Source: an uncultured Arcobacter sp. (GTDB taxonomy: Bacteria > Campylobacterota > Campylobacteria > Campylobacterales > Arcobacteraceae). Taken from it: a stretch of DNA of 64,000 bases. The stretch covers positions 1,632,001 to 1,696,000 of the forward strand of contig OZ223300.1 in NCBI GenBank assembly GCA_965140705.1, in the 5' to 3' direction. The notes beneath the pieces were generated by a model. It was not told where the DNA came from. It was given only the letters and a program-made list of their open reading frames with translations, and made no database searches. A program made the translations under genes and the position numbers. Below, piece by piece: positions 51,458 through 61,492 of this stretch. How positions within the stretch are numbered: position 1 is the first letter of the stretch; every line of letters starts with the position of its first letter.

Positions 51458-53033
51458 CTATTTGAAGATTCTCTCTTTGAATTTTATTTATTGCAAGGTC
51501 CATATTTTTATAGATATGTGTATTTTTAAATATTTCACTATCTTCAATCTTTGATATTCTTCTTCTATCTCTTTCTTTTACTACTAATGAAACATCAATA
51601 TTATAATCTTTTAATAAATTAATAATTTCTTCAATTGTAATAATTGCAGAAATATCTAAAAAAGGAATATCTCTACAATCAATAATAATATATTTAACTT
51701 TCAATACTTTTTTTATTCTTCGTTCAAGTATCATTGCACTTCCAAAGAAAAAAGCTCCATCAATTCTTAATATTCTTATATCATTATTATCAATATCTAT
51801 ATCAAAAGGACTAATTTTGTGTGCCTTTATAGTTTGGATTCTTGTCTCTTTTGAAATTTTATAAACAGCTGCTATTGCTGCAAAAGTAATACCTGCACCA
51901 ACTGCCATTATTAAATCTACAAATACAGTTAATAATAAAACTGTAACCATAATTAGTATGTCATTTTTATGTAAAACTTTCATGATTTTAAAAAATCTAT
52001 AATCTATAATATCAACACCAACTTTTATCAAAATTCCAGATAAAACCGCCAATGGGACTTGAGAAGCATATTTTGCAAAAAATATCACAGTAATTAAAAG
52101 CATAATAGAGTGAGTCATTCCAGAAATTCTAGTAACCCCTCCACTTTTTATATTAATTACAGTTCTCATAGTAGCTCCTGCTCCTGGAATTCCTCCAACA
52201 AAAGCACATAAAGAATTACCAATTCCTTGACCTATTAACTCTTTATTTGGTCTATGTTTTGTTTTAGTCATAGAATCTGCTACTAGGGATGTTAGTAAGG
52301 TATCAATTGTTCCTAATAAGGCTAAAGTAAGTGCATACATTAAAATGTCTTTTAACTTTAAAATATCAAAATTAAAAGGTAAAACAAAATTAGGTAAAGA
52401 TGTCGGAATTTCACCTATTACTTTAAGATCATAACCATAATAAATAGTAAAAGAAGTCATAACTATCAAAGCAATTAATGCAGAAGGTATGATTTTTGTA
52501 ATAACCTTAGGAGTTAAAAACATAATTATTAATGTAATATAAGCAATTATTAAAGAGTCATTATTAGCTAAATGAAGAGTATTAGGCAGTTCGATTAAAG
52601 TATGAAGTACAGAGCCAGAGCCATCAACACCTAAAAAAGGATTGATTTGTAAAATAATGATAATAACACCAATTCCAGTCATAAATCCAGAAATAACAGG
52701 ATAAGGAATAAATTTAATCCATTTACCAATGCCAAAAATACCAAAAGAGATTTGAATTATTCCAGCTAAAAATATCACAGTCATAACTGAAGCCAAATCG
52801 TCTTTAAAAGCGACTATAGCAGCAGCTGTGATAACTGTCATAGGACCAGTTGGTCCTGATATTTGAGTTGGTGTCCCACCAAATAAAGCAGCAAAAAAAC
52901 CAAGTATAATGGCTCCATAAATACCAGCTTCAGCACCTGCCCCACTTGCAACTCCAAAAGCCAATGCTAACGGTAAAGCAACAACCGCTGCAGTTACTCC
53001 ACCTAAAATATCATTTTTAATATTTTTAAACAA
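51450..53033 (-). CDS. SulP-family anion transporter with STAS domain
   Basis: GVTAAVVALPLALAFG, SGPTG, ELIGQG, C-terminal STAS (FLDISA). Confidence 0.93.
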   Translation of the reverse strand: MFKNIKNDILGGVTAAVVALPLALAFGVASGAGAEAGIYGAIILGFFAALFGGTPTQISGPTGPMTVITAAAIVAFKDDLASVMTVIFLAGIIQISFGIFGIGKWIKFIPYPVISGFMTGIGVIIIILQINPFLGVDGSGSVLHTLIELPNTLHLANNDSLIIAYITLIIMFLTPKVITKIIPSALIALIVMTSFTIYYGYDLKVIGEIPTSLPNFVLPFNFDILKLKDILMYALTLALLGTIDTLLTSLVADSMTKTKHRPNKELIGQGIGNSLCAFVGGIPGAGATMRTVINIKSGGVTRISGMTHSIMLLITVIFFAKYASQVPLAVLSGILIKVGVDIIDYRFFKIMKVLHKNDILIMVTVLLLTVFVDLIMAVGAGITFAAIAAVYKISKETRIQTIKAHKISPFDIDIDNNDIRILRIDGAFFFGSAMILERRIKKVLKVKYIIIDCRDIPFLDISAIITIEEIINLLKDYNIDVSLVVKERDRRRISKIEDSEIFKNTHIYKNMDLAINKIQRENLQIDE

Positions 53034-53050
53034 AAAATACCCTTTGTTTA

Positions 53051-54493
53051 TTAATTTGTCTCTTCGTCTTCTTCTCTTTGACCTTTTTTACGAGCTAAAA
53101 TATGAATAGGAGTTCCTTCAAAATTTAGTTGCTCTCTTAAAATATTTATTAAATATCTTTTGTATGAAAAGTGCAGTAAATTTGGTTTATTCATAATAAG
53201 TGCAACTCTAGGAGGTTTGGTCTCAAATTGAGTTGTATAATAAATTCTTAAATACGCACCATTTGGACTAGGTAGAGCATGTCTAATTACTGCATATTCT
53301 ATAATTCTATTTAATTCAGATGTAGAGATTCTTTGACTATAATTTTCATAAATATCAATTAACTTATCTTTTAATTTATCAATACTTCTACCTGTTTTTG
53401 CAGATACTGCAATTATAGGAGCATAATATAAAAACTTAAATTTACTTCTAATTGTTTCTTGCATTTTTTGGAATGTGTCCATGTTCTCATCCCATTTATT
53501 TAAAACAATTATTGTTCCTAAACCATACTCATCAACCAATCCAGCAATCTTTTCATCCAAATCAACTAATTCAGAAGAAGCATCTAAAACAACTAAAGCT
53601 AAATTTGCTTTTTTAAGCATCTCTTTTGTTCTCATTAAAGCAAATTTTTCAATTCCTTCAATACTCCCTCTTCTTCGTAAACCAGCTGTATCAACAAAAG
53701 TAATATTTTTATCTTTATATTCAAATGATTCATCAACAGGATCTATAGTTGTTCCTGCTATTGGAGAAACTACAGATCTCTCTTGTCCAATTAAGGCATT
53801 CAAAATAGATGATTTACCAACATTAACTCTACCAATAATTGCTACTTTTATATTATTATCATCTATTTCTTCAACAATATCTTCATCTTCTAAAGGATAC
53901 TCACCTTCTTCATATTCAGAATCATCTTCATCTAAAATTTCTCTATTTATAATAACTTCACTCTCTGGTAATTCAGGTAAAACATTATAAATCCAATCAA
54001 ATAAATCTTTTGTTCCTCTATTATGTGAAACAGATATTCCAAAAAGATTCTCATCTTTAATTCCAAATTCAAAGAATTCCCAAAGTCTTTCTTTCTCTTT
54101 GTCATTATCAATTTTATTTACAACTAAAGCTAACTTTTTTCCTAAAGCTTGAAGCTCATAAAATAATTCTTTATCTTTCTCATCTGGAAGCTTTTTACCA
54201 TCAACCATAAAAAGTATTATATCAGCCTCTTTTGCTGTCTCTACAGCTTTTCTTTTTACTGTTGAAAAGATTGCATCATTTGTTTCATCAATTCCACCTG
54301 TATCTAACATCAATGCTTTTTTATCAAAAATTTCTACTTCATGTTTTCTAATATCTCTCGTTGTACCAGCTAGATCAGATACTATTGCTATTCTTTGCTT
54401 TGCTATTCTATTAAAGAGTGAACTCTTACCAACATTTGGTTGTCCAACTAGTGCTATTTTTTTCAATTCTTCTCTACTATTAATTACTTGCAT
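53051..54493 (-). CDS. der: ribosome biogenesis GTPase Der
   Basis: Two G domains (GQPNVGKS, GRVNVGKS) plus KH-like tail. Confidence 0.97.
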   Translation of the reverse strand: MQVINSREELKKIALVGQPNVGKSSLFNRIAKQRIAIVSDLAGTTRDIRKHEVEIFDKKALMLDTGGIDETNDAIFSTVKRKAVETAKEADIILFMVDGKKLPDEKDKELFYELQALGKKLALVVNKIDNDKEKERLWEFFEFGIKDENLFGISVSHNRGTKDLFDWIYNVLPELPESEVIINREILDEDDSEYEEGEYPLEDEDIVEEIDDNNIKVAIIGRVNVGKSSILNALIGQERSVVSPIAGTTIDPVDESFEYKDKNITFVDTAGLRRRGSIEGIEKFALMRTKEMLKKANLALVVLDASSELVDLDEKIAGLVDEYGLGTIIVLNKWDENMDTFQKMQETIRSKFKFLYYAPIIAVSAKTGRSIDKLKDKLIDIYENYSQRISTSELNRIIEYAVIRHALPSPNGAYLRIYYTTQFETKPPRVALIMNKPNLLHFSYKRYLINILREQLNFEGTPIHILARKKGQREEDEETN

Positions 54494-54527
54494 CTATTTC
54501 CTAATTCTTTCAATTTCGTATTATAAC

Positions 54528-54567
54528 AAAAAAAAGGGCGTTAGCCTCAAGACTAACACCCTTTTTT
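54528..54567 (-). terminator. intrinsic terminator after hpf
   Basis: Minus strand AGGGTGTTAGTC-TTGA-GGCTAACGCCCT followed by a T tract. Confidence 0.88.
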
Positions 54568-54585
54568 AATAATTCGTTAAAAATT

Positions 54586-55128
54586 TTAGTATAAACCAAA
54601 TTTTCCTTCATCACTTGTTTTATATAATACTCTCATATTATCATCTTTATCATAGAAAACTTTAAATACAGAACCAGAAGATTTTAAATCATTTAATGCC
54701 TCTTCAATATCAATTGGTTTGTATGAAGTCAATCTAACTGGAATAATTTCCGCTTCAAGTTTATCTAATTCATTTGCAATAGCATCTTCAATTTCTGTAG
54801 AAACAACTTCTGAAAGTTTAGTAGCTTTGTGAGTGCTTACTTTATCATGATGTCTTCTTAATACTTTTGAAACTCTATCAACTGCAATATCAACCGCAGA
54901 ATATAAATCTTTATCTTTTTGTTTTACAACAATTGTATCTAAATGTGCTACATTAATTGTAAATTCGAAAACGAATACAGGTTTACTATTTCTCTCTTCT
55001 TTATCAATAATAGAATTAACTGAAATAATATCTAAGTTATACTTTTTAAAAATTTCTACTGAACTATTTACATAGTCTTTTATCGCATCTGTTAATTCTA
55101 TGTGTCTTCCTACAATACTTGTATTCAT
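54586..55128 (-). CDS. hpf: ribosome hibernation promoting factor (long HPF / RaiA family)
   Basis: ATG at 55128 after AAGGAG; GRHIELTDAIKDY, DLYSAVD, C-terminal KPIDIEEA. Confidence 0.92.
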   Translation of the reverse strand: MNTSIVGRHIELTDAIKDYVNSSVEIFKKYNLDIISVNSIIDKEERNSKPVFVFEFTINVAHLDTIVVKQKDKDLYSAVDIAVDRVSKVLRRHHDKVSTHKATKLSEVVSTEIEDAIANELDKLEAEIIPVRLTSYKPIDIEEALNDLKSSGSVFKVFYDKDDNMRVLYKTSDEGKFGLY

Positions 55129-55212
55129 AACATACTCCTTAGTCTTAATATAATTAATATAATAACACAATGATTATTAAAATAATAATAAATTTCAATT
55201 ATTATTTAATAA

Positions 55213-57357
55213 TTAAAGTAATATCTCACGATTACCTTTTGCATTAACTTCTGATAAAACACCTGTCATTTCGAGTTGTTCTACAATTGTAGCTGCTCTG
55301 TTGTAACCAATTCTTAGCTTTCTTTGTATATAAGAAATAGAAGTCTTTTTGTCTGTTAATACAACTTGCTTTGCATCTTCATAAAGTTCATCTAAAGATG
55401 ACATATCTCCACTTGAAATAGCCGTCCCATTTCCATCTTTATCTTTTACAAAATTCATATCATAATCAACTTCACGTTGTGATTTTAAAAAATCAACTAC
55501 TTTCTCTATCTCATCCTCTTTTGACCATGGTGCATGAAGTCTAACTAAACCAGAACTTCCTGGAGGTGTAAATAACATATCTCCACGTCCCAGTAATGAT
55601 TCAGCTCCCATTGCATCTAAAATAATTTTAGAATCTACTTTTTGCCCTACTTTATATGAAATTCTACTTGGTAAATTTGCTTTAATTAGACCTGTTACAA
55701 CATCCACAGAAGGTCTTTGAGTAGCAACAATTAAGTGAATACCACTAGCTCTTGCCATTTGTGCAAGTCTAGCAATAGAAAGTTCAACATCTTTTCCACT
55801 TGTCATCATAAGATCAGCTAACTCATCAATAATAACAACTATATAGGGTAAAGCTTCAAAGCCCTCTTTTTTAGATTTTTCATTATAGTTTTCGATATTT
55901 TTAGTTTTTGTTTGAGACATAAGTGTATATCGTCTTTCCATTTCAGAAACCATATTAGATAAAGCTAAAATTGCCTCTTTAGGCTTTGTAATAACAGGAG
56001 TTAAAAGATGTGGAATATCATTATAAATAGAAAATTCTAACATTTTTGGATCAATCATAATAAGTTTCAAATTATCAGGTGAATTTTTATATAAAAGTGA
56101 AAGAATCATTGCATTTAATCCAACTGATTTCCCAGACCCTGTAGTTCCAGCAATAAGTAAATGTGGAAGTTTTTTCAAATCTGTAATAAAAGGTTTACCT
56201 ACTATATCTTTTCCTAAAATCATAGTTAAAGGAGAAGTTGCTTTATTAAATATTTCACTATCAAGTAACTCTTTTATATAAATTACATGCATATTTTCAT
56301 TTGGGACTTCTATTCCTATTACATCTTTACCTGGAATTGGAGCTTGAATTCTTATTGTTTCAGCTTTAAGTGCCATTGCTAAGTCATCTTGTAAGTTTAG
56401 TACTTTTGATACTTTTACATGGGGTGCAGGTTTAAATTCAAAAGTAGTAACAACTGGACCTGTATAAGTTCTAACAACATCACCTTCAATTTTAAACATT
56501 AAAAGTTTTTCTAATAAGTCAGCTATTTTCCTATCAATTATCTCTTCATTAATTTTGGAAGTTGCTGTTTTAGGAGGAGTTTGGAAAAAGTTACTATTTG
56601 GAAGTTTAAAATCTTTTGGTTTTTCTGATTCCCCAACTTCTATTTCATCTTGTAGTTTTTTATTCTCTTCTAATTCATCAACAAGTATAGAATGCTTCTC
56701 TTCAATATTTTCATTAGATTTTGTATCTATGATATTATTTTCAACATTATCATTTTTAAAAATTTTATCTTCTTTTTTATCTTCTTCAATAATTAATATT
56801 TCAGCTGTATCACCTACTTCTTTAACTGTTACTTTTTCTCTTCTTTTTTCTCTTCTTGAATCATTAGTTTTTGGTTGAAATAAAACTACATCTTTTTTTA
56901 TATTTGAAGCTATCTTTTGAACATTTATTGTTTTAACTTCTTTTCCATCTACAAATATTAAAAATGTAATCAAAAAACCTATTAAAACCAATAACCATAA
57001 GCCTGCAAAACCAATAAAGGGGAATAATGAAGAGATAATACCATCTCCAATCAAACCTGAAAGTTTATCTGCTTTTGTAAAAACTAAAGATTGAAAAATA
57101 AGTGCAGATAAAAGAAAAATAAATATTCCAAAGTACTTTAGATAATCTTTTTTCTCTTCATGTTTAAAATTAATTTTATATATAGGATATAAAATCAAAA
57201 ATAGATAAACATAAGACAAATAACCAAAATACAAATGAGAATATGAAGCAAAAATAGAACCTACTTTTCCAACTGTAACCTTATCAGATACAATTGTTGC
57301 ATATTCAAAATATACTATTAAAAATAGTGATATTAAAGATAATATTTTTTTTACTAT
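55213..57357 (-). CDS. ftsK: DNA translocase FtsK (probable non-canonical ATA start at 57357)
   Basis: PHLLIAGTTGSGKS, IDELADLM, ATQRPS, gamma domain QRKLRIGYNRAA. The frame stays open upstream of the track start (57234) through an extra TM segment. Confidence 0.93.
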   Translation of the reverse strand: MVKKILSLISLFLIVYFEYATIVSDKVTVGKVGSIFASYSHLYFGYLSYVYLFLILYPIYKINFKHEEKKDYLKYFGIFIFLLSALIFQSLVFTKADKLSGLIGDGIISSLFPFIGFAGLWLLVLIGFLITFLIFVDGKEVKTINVQKIASNIKKDVVLFQPKTNDSRREKRREKVTVKEVGDTAEILIIEEDKKEDKIFKNDNVENNIIDTKSNENIEEKHSILVDELEENKKLQDEIEVGESEKPKDFKLPNSNFFQTPPKTATSKINEEIIDRKIADLLEKLLMFKIEGDVVRTYTGPVVTTFEFKPAPHVKVSKVLNLQDDLAMALKAETIRIQAPIPGKDVIGIEVPNENMHVIYIKELLDSEIFNKATSPLTMILGKDIVGKPFITDLKKLPHLLIAGTTGSGKSVGLNAMILSLLYKNSPDNLKLIMIDPKMLEFSIYNDIPHLLTPVITKPKEAILALSNMVSEMERRYTLMSQTKTKNIENYNEKSKKEGFEALPYIVVIIDELADLMMTSGKDVELSIARLAQMARASGIHLIVATQRPSVDVVTGLIKANLPSRISYKVGQKVDSKIILDAMGAESLLGRGDMLFTPPGSSGLVRLHAPWSKEDEIEKVVDFLKSQREVDYDMNFVKDKDGNGTAISSGDMSSLDELYEDAKQVVLTDKKTSISYIQRKLRIGYNRAATIVEQLEMTGVLSEVNAKGNREILL

Positions 57358-57370
57358 TTGAGACCCTTTA

Positions 57371-58312
57371 TTATAATAATTTAGAAATTTTAGCTTGTAA
57401 TTTTAGCCAAGTTTTATGTTCAAACAAAGGAAAACCAGCCCATTGTTTTTTTGGTTCTTTTATACTTTTTGTAACTCCACCACGAGCAGCAATTGTAGTA
57501 AATGGTGCAATTTCAAGATGTCCTGATGTTGCACTTTGTCCACCCATAATAACATATTCATGCAGTATTGAAGAACCAGAAAGTCCAACTTGTCCAGTTA
57601 AAATACAACCAACTCCAAGTTTACAGTTATGACCAATATGAACTAAATTATCTAATCTAACCCCATCACTTATAATCGTAGACTTAAAAGCAGCTCTGTC
57701 AATAGAAGTATTAGAACCAATTTCAACATCATTGCCAATCTCAACATTTCCATTTTGATAAATTTTTATATATTTACCTTTACTTTGAGCAAAACCAAAA
57801 CCATCACTTCCAATTACAGTCCCCGCATGAATTATACAATCATTTCCTATATTGCAGTCCCTATAAACAGTAACATTTGGATAGATAATTGTATTATTCC
57901 CAATATTTACATTATCTCCAATATATGCTCCACTCATGATAGTACAATTATTACCAATAGTAGAGTTTTTACCTAAATATACATTTGGCATAATTGTAGA
58001 ATTTTCTCCAACAACACAATCATTGCCATCAATTTCCACAAGTTTTGGTGCAAATAATTTTGAAGCAAGAGCTAATTTAACATAAGGTTCATCACATACA
58101 AGTGCAATAGTATTCTTAGGAACTTTTGAGACAAAATCTTTTTTAACTAAAACAGCAGCAGCTGTAGTTTTTTCTAAATCCTTAGTATATTTACTATTTT
58201 CTAAAAATGTTAATTCATTAGCAGTTGAATCAAGTAATGTATTTAATCCACTTACTTCTATTTCATTATTGCATTTAATATCTAATGCGACTGCTATATC
58301 TTTTAATTTCAA
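57371..58312 (-). CDS. lpxD: UDP-3-O-acyl-glucosamine N-acyltransferase
   Basis: Hexapeptide repeats, IGSDGFGF, DNLVHIGHN. Confidence 0.96.
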   Translation of the reverse strand: MKLKDIAVALDIKCNNEIEVSGLNTLLDSTANELTFLENSKYTKDLEKTTAAAVLVKKDFVSKVPKNTIALVCDEPYVKLALASKLFAPKLVEIDGNDCVVGENSTIMPNVYLGKNSTIGNNCTIMSGAYIGDNVNIGNNTIIYPNVTVYRDCNIGNDCIIHAGTVIGSDGFGFAQSKGKYIKIYQNGNVEIGNDVEIGSNTSIDRAAFKSTIISDGVRLDNLVHIGHNCKLGVGCILTGQVGLSGSSILHEYVIMGGQSATSGHLEIAPFTTIAARGGVTKSIKEPKKQWAGFPLFEHKTWLKLQAKISKLL

Positions 58313-58350
58313 ATCATTATCCTTTATTCAAAAAACGATAAGAGTAACTC

Positions 58351-58848
58351 TTATCGTTCCATTGCAACTACACCACTTTTAACTATTTCAATTGGGTTGT
58401 AGTTTTTGATAACTTTTACAAAATTTGCAATTCTACTTGGCTCATCTGTTGCAGAGATAATAATACAATCTTGGGTTACATTTTGAATTGAACCATTATA
58501 AGCACGAGCAAGTACGTCCACATCACTTAAATTTTGATCAACTGGTATTTTTACAAGAACTGTCTCTTTTTCTACAACATCAGAATGTTCATTTACTCTT
58601 AAAACAGGAATTAATTTATTTAATTGTTTAACAATTTGATCAATCACTCTTCTATCACCTGTTGTAACAATAGTCATTCTTGAGTATTCTGAATCACTAA
58701 TTGGAGCAACTGTTAAAGAGTCAATATTATAACCACGAGCAGAGAAAAGACCTGCAATTCTTGATAAAACGTTGTTTTCATTTAAAACTATAACAGAGAT
58801 AACTTTTCTTGCATTTTCTGAATCATAGTAGTGATTAAAATTATTCAT
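58351..58848 (-). CDS. ilvH: acetolactate synthase small subunit
   Basis: ACT domain VLSRIAGLFSARGYNIDSL, KQLNKLI. Confidence 0.94.
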   Translation of the reverse strand: MNNFNHYYDSENARKVISVIVLNENNVLSRIAGLFSARGYNIDSLTVAPISDSEYSRMTIVTTGDRRVIDQIVKQLNKLIPVLRVNEHSDVVEKETVLVKIPVDQNLSDVDVLARAYNGSIQNVTQDCIIISATDEPSRIANFVKVIKNYNPIEIVKSGVVAMER

Positions 58849-60535
58849 TGTTATCTCCTAAAAGCATCATTTCATTAAGTGCATGTCCATTTGGAACCAT
58901 TGGTAAAACCTCTTCATTTCTATCAACTATAACTTCAATCATTGCAACTACTTTTTTCTCCATTGCATCTTTTAGTGCTTCGTCAAACTCTTTTTTAGTA
59001 GTAACTCTATACCCTATTCCACCAAAAGCTTCAACAAGTTTTACAAAATCAGGTTGTGCACTCAAGTCAGTTTCAGATAGCCTATTTTCATAGAACATTG
59101 TTTGCCATTGTCTTACCATTCCAAGATAATTATTATTTAAAATAATATTAATAACTGGAAGTTTTTGTTCAACACAAGTCATAAGTTCTTGAATATTCAT
59201 CAAAATAGAACCATCACCTGTAAAGTTTATAGAAATTTTATCAGGCCTTGCTTTTGCAACACCCATAGCACCTGGTAATCCAAATCCCATAGTTCCTAAT
59301 CCACCTGAAGTATTCCATTGTCTAGGATAAGAGAAGGGATAAAATTGAGCTGACCACATTTGATGTTGTCCAACATCAGTTGAAATAATTGCATCATCAC
59401 CAACAAGTTCACCAACTCTAACTATTGGCCATTGTGGTTTTATTTTAGTATCAGAATCTTTAAATCTCAATGGATGTTGAACTCTATAATCTCGTAATAA
59501 TGCTACCCAATTACTATAATCATTAAATTCAAATTCTCCAATTGAGTCAATCATCCCTTGAACAGTTACTTTTAAATCTCCAACTATTGGAAAATTTGTG
59601 TGCACAAGTTTAGCAATAGAAGCTGGATCAATATCCACATGAATTACTTTTGCTTTTTTTGCAAATTCATCAAGTCTTCCAGTAACCCTATCATCAAATC
59701 TAGCACCTAAAGAGATAAGTAAATCTGTTTCATGGGCTGCCATATTAGCTGCATATTCACCATGCATTCCTAACATACCAAGTAGCAATGGATTTGTATG
59801 TCCCATAACTCCTCTTGCCATAAGTGTTTCCACAGCAGGAATATTTAATTTTTCAGCTAATTCTCTTATCTCATATGCACAATTTGATAAAATTGCTCCA
59901 CCCCCAATATAAAGCAATGGTTTTTTAGCTTTTGATATAGCTTGCATTGCTCTTTTTAGTTGCTTTTTATTATAATTAACTGTTGGTTTATAAGTTGGTA
60001 ACTCAACCTTTTCTGGATATAAGTAATCAGCAACTTCTGCTGTAATATCTTTTGGAATATCAATATGAACAGGCCCTGGTCTTCCAGTACTTGCTATATG
60101 AAATGCTTCTTTAATAATTCTTGGTAAATCTTTTATATTATTTACTAAATAATTATGTTTTGTACAAGGCCTAGAGATCCCTACTGCATCGATTTCTTGA
60201 AATCCATCAGTACCAATAATTGTAGTTGGTACTTGCCCAGTAATCACAACCAAAGGAATAGAATCCATATAAGCATCAGCCAAACCAGTAACTGCATTAG
60301 TAAATCCAGGACCAGATGTAACTATTGCAACACCAACTCGTCCTGTTGCTTTTGCATATCCTTCAGCTGCATGAATAGCTGCTTGCTCATGTCTAGTCAA
60401 TATATGTTCAAAATGTGTTTGTTTGTAAATTTCATCGTAGACATTCATAATAGCGCCACCAGGGTAACCGAATACAACTTCTACCCCTTCATTTTTTAAT
60501 GATTCTGTTACCATTTTTGCGCCTGTCATTTTCAT
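58841..60535 (-). CDS. ilvI: acetolactate synthase large subunit
   Basis: FGYPGG, RHEQ, RFDDRVTG, GDGS...NN ThDP motif. Confidence 0.96.
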   Translation of the reverse strand: MKMTGAKMVTESLKNEGVEVVFGYPGGAIMNVYDEIYKQTHFEHILTRHEQAAIHAAEGYAKATGRVGVAIVTSGPGFTNAVTGLADAYMDSIPLVVITGQVPTTIIGTDGFQEIDAVGISRPCTKHNYLVNNIKDLPRIIKEAFHIASTGRPGPVHIDIPKDITAEVADYLYPEKVELPTYKPTVNYNKKQLKRAMQAISKAKKPLLYIGGGAILSNCAYEIRELAEKLNIPAVETLMARGVMGHTNPLLLGMLGMHGEYAANMAAHETDLLISLGARFDDRVTGRLDEFAKKAKVIHVDIDPASIAKLVHTNFPIVGDLKVTVQGMIDSIGEFEFNDYSNWVALLRDYRVQHPLRFKDSDTKIKPQWPIVRVGELVGDDAIISTDVGQHQMWSAQFYPFSYPRQWNTSGGLGTMGFGLPGAMGVAKARPDKISINFTGDGSILMNIQELMTCVEQKLPVINIILNNNYLGMVRQWQTMFYENRLSETDLSAQPDFVKLVEAFGGIGYRVTTKKEFDEALKDAMEKKVVAMIEVIVDRNEEVLPMVPNGHALNEMMLLGDNNE

Positions 60536-60682
60536 TATAATTTTCTCCGTTGTAAAATAGGTATTTATTTTACAAAAATTTAGTTTAATACATCTTTAAA
60601 GCGGACTTTCTAGGACTTTTGCATTTAATGACAAATTTATTATTTTTCTAATATAATTTACGATAATCGAAGGAGTCTAAAA

Positions 60683-61492
60683 GTGGATGTAAATAATCTT
60701 GCTAGTGTAAATAATGTTGGTGTAAATAATGTACCTAAACAATATGTTGATAAAGCACGATTTAATGGATCAGTTAATACAGTTGATAATGAAGATGCAT
60801 TAAGAGTATCTATTCATGAAGTTTATAATAAAAAAAGAGATGAGTTATCCCATTCACTTAGAAACCTTAATGAAGGTATTGCAATTACCCAGATTTCTAT
60901 GAACTCCCTTTCAAAACAACAAGACAACTTAAAAAATATTGGAAATGCTCTAGTAAAATTAGATAGTAGTGGAGATTATGAAAATAAAAGATTTGAAACA
61001 GCAGAAGAGATATCAAATCAACTAAACAACTATAATCAAGAAGCAGAAAAGGCAAGATTTAGTAAAAAATTACTCTTAGATGATCAATATGGTGATGAAA
61101 TAATAAATATAGTTACCCAATCAAAAGATTTTAAAATAACTGGTGTAAATACAAAAGAAATCTCTCAAACTTTAGTTAATAGCCTACAATCTAACTCTTT
61201 ATCTTCAAGTGAAGATATAAAAAGTGCCTTGGAAAATCTAGATGAAGCTCTAAAAAAAAGTGAAGCATTTACAGATAACTTTTCTAAGATGAATAATGAG
61301 ATGAAACAAGTTGCTAGAGGAACTTTAAATGAACAAATAAATTTACTAAAAGAAAATAGTAAATTAAAAGATTTAAGTTTTGGTTCTGATTTTAATAACT
61401 TTTCAAAAACAAATATAATGAGTCAATTAGGCAATTTAGCGGCATCACAAGCACATATTATTCAAGAACAAACTTCAAAATTACTTGGATAA
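60683..61492 (+). CDS. divergent short flagellin-like protein (FlaC-like)
   Basis: SLRNLNEGIAITQI resembles the flagellin N-helix; SKLKDLSFGSDFNNFSKTNIMSQLG...SKLLG resembles the C-helix; AAGGAG RBS. Confidence 0.8.
   Translation: MDVNNLASVNNVGVNNVPKQYVDKARFNGSVNTVDNEDALRVSIHEVYNKKRDELSHSLRNLNEGIAITQISMNSLSKQQDNLKNIGNALVKLDSSGDYENKRFETAEEISNQLNNYNQEAEKARFSKKLLLDDQYGDEIINIVTQSKDFKITGVNTKEISQTLVNSLQSNSLSSSEDIKSALENLDEALKKSEAFTDNFSKMNNEMKQVARGTLNEQINLLKENSKLKDLSFGSDFNNFSKTNIMSQLGNLAASQAHIIQEQTSKLLG

Noticed and set aside
55129..55170. 14-aa N-terminal extension of Hpf in the ORF track
   Set aside because: AAGGAG precedes the ATG at 55128, which gives the canonical start.
60630..60670. sigma28 promoter (CGATAA at 60661) for the flagellin-like gene
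   Set aside because: No TAAA-like -35 at the right spacing; a sigma70-type TATAAT fits better.
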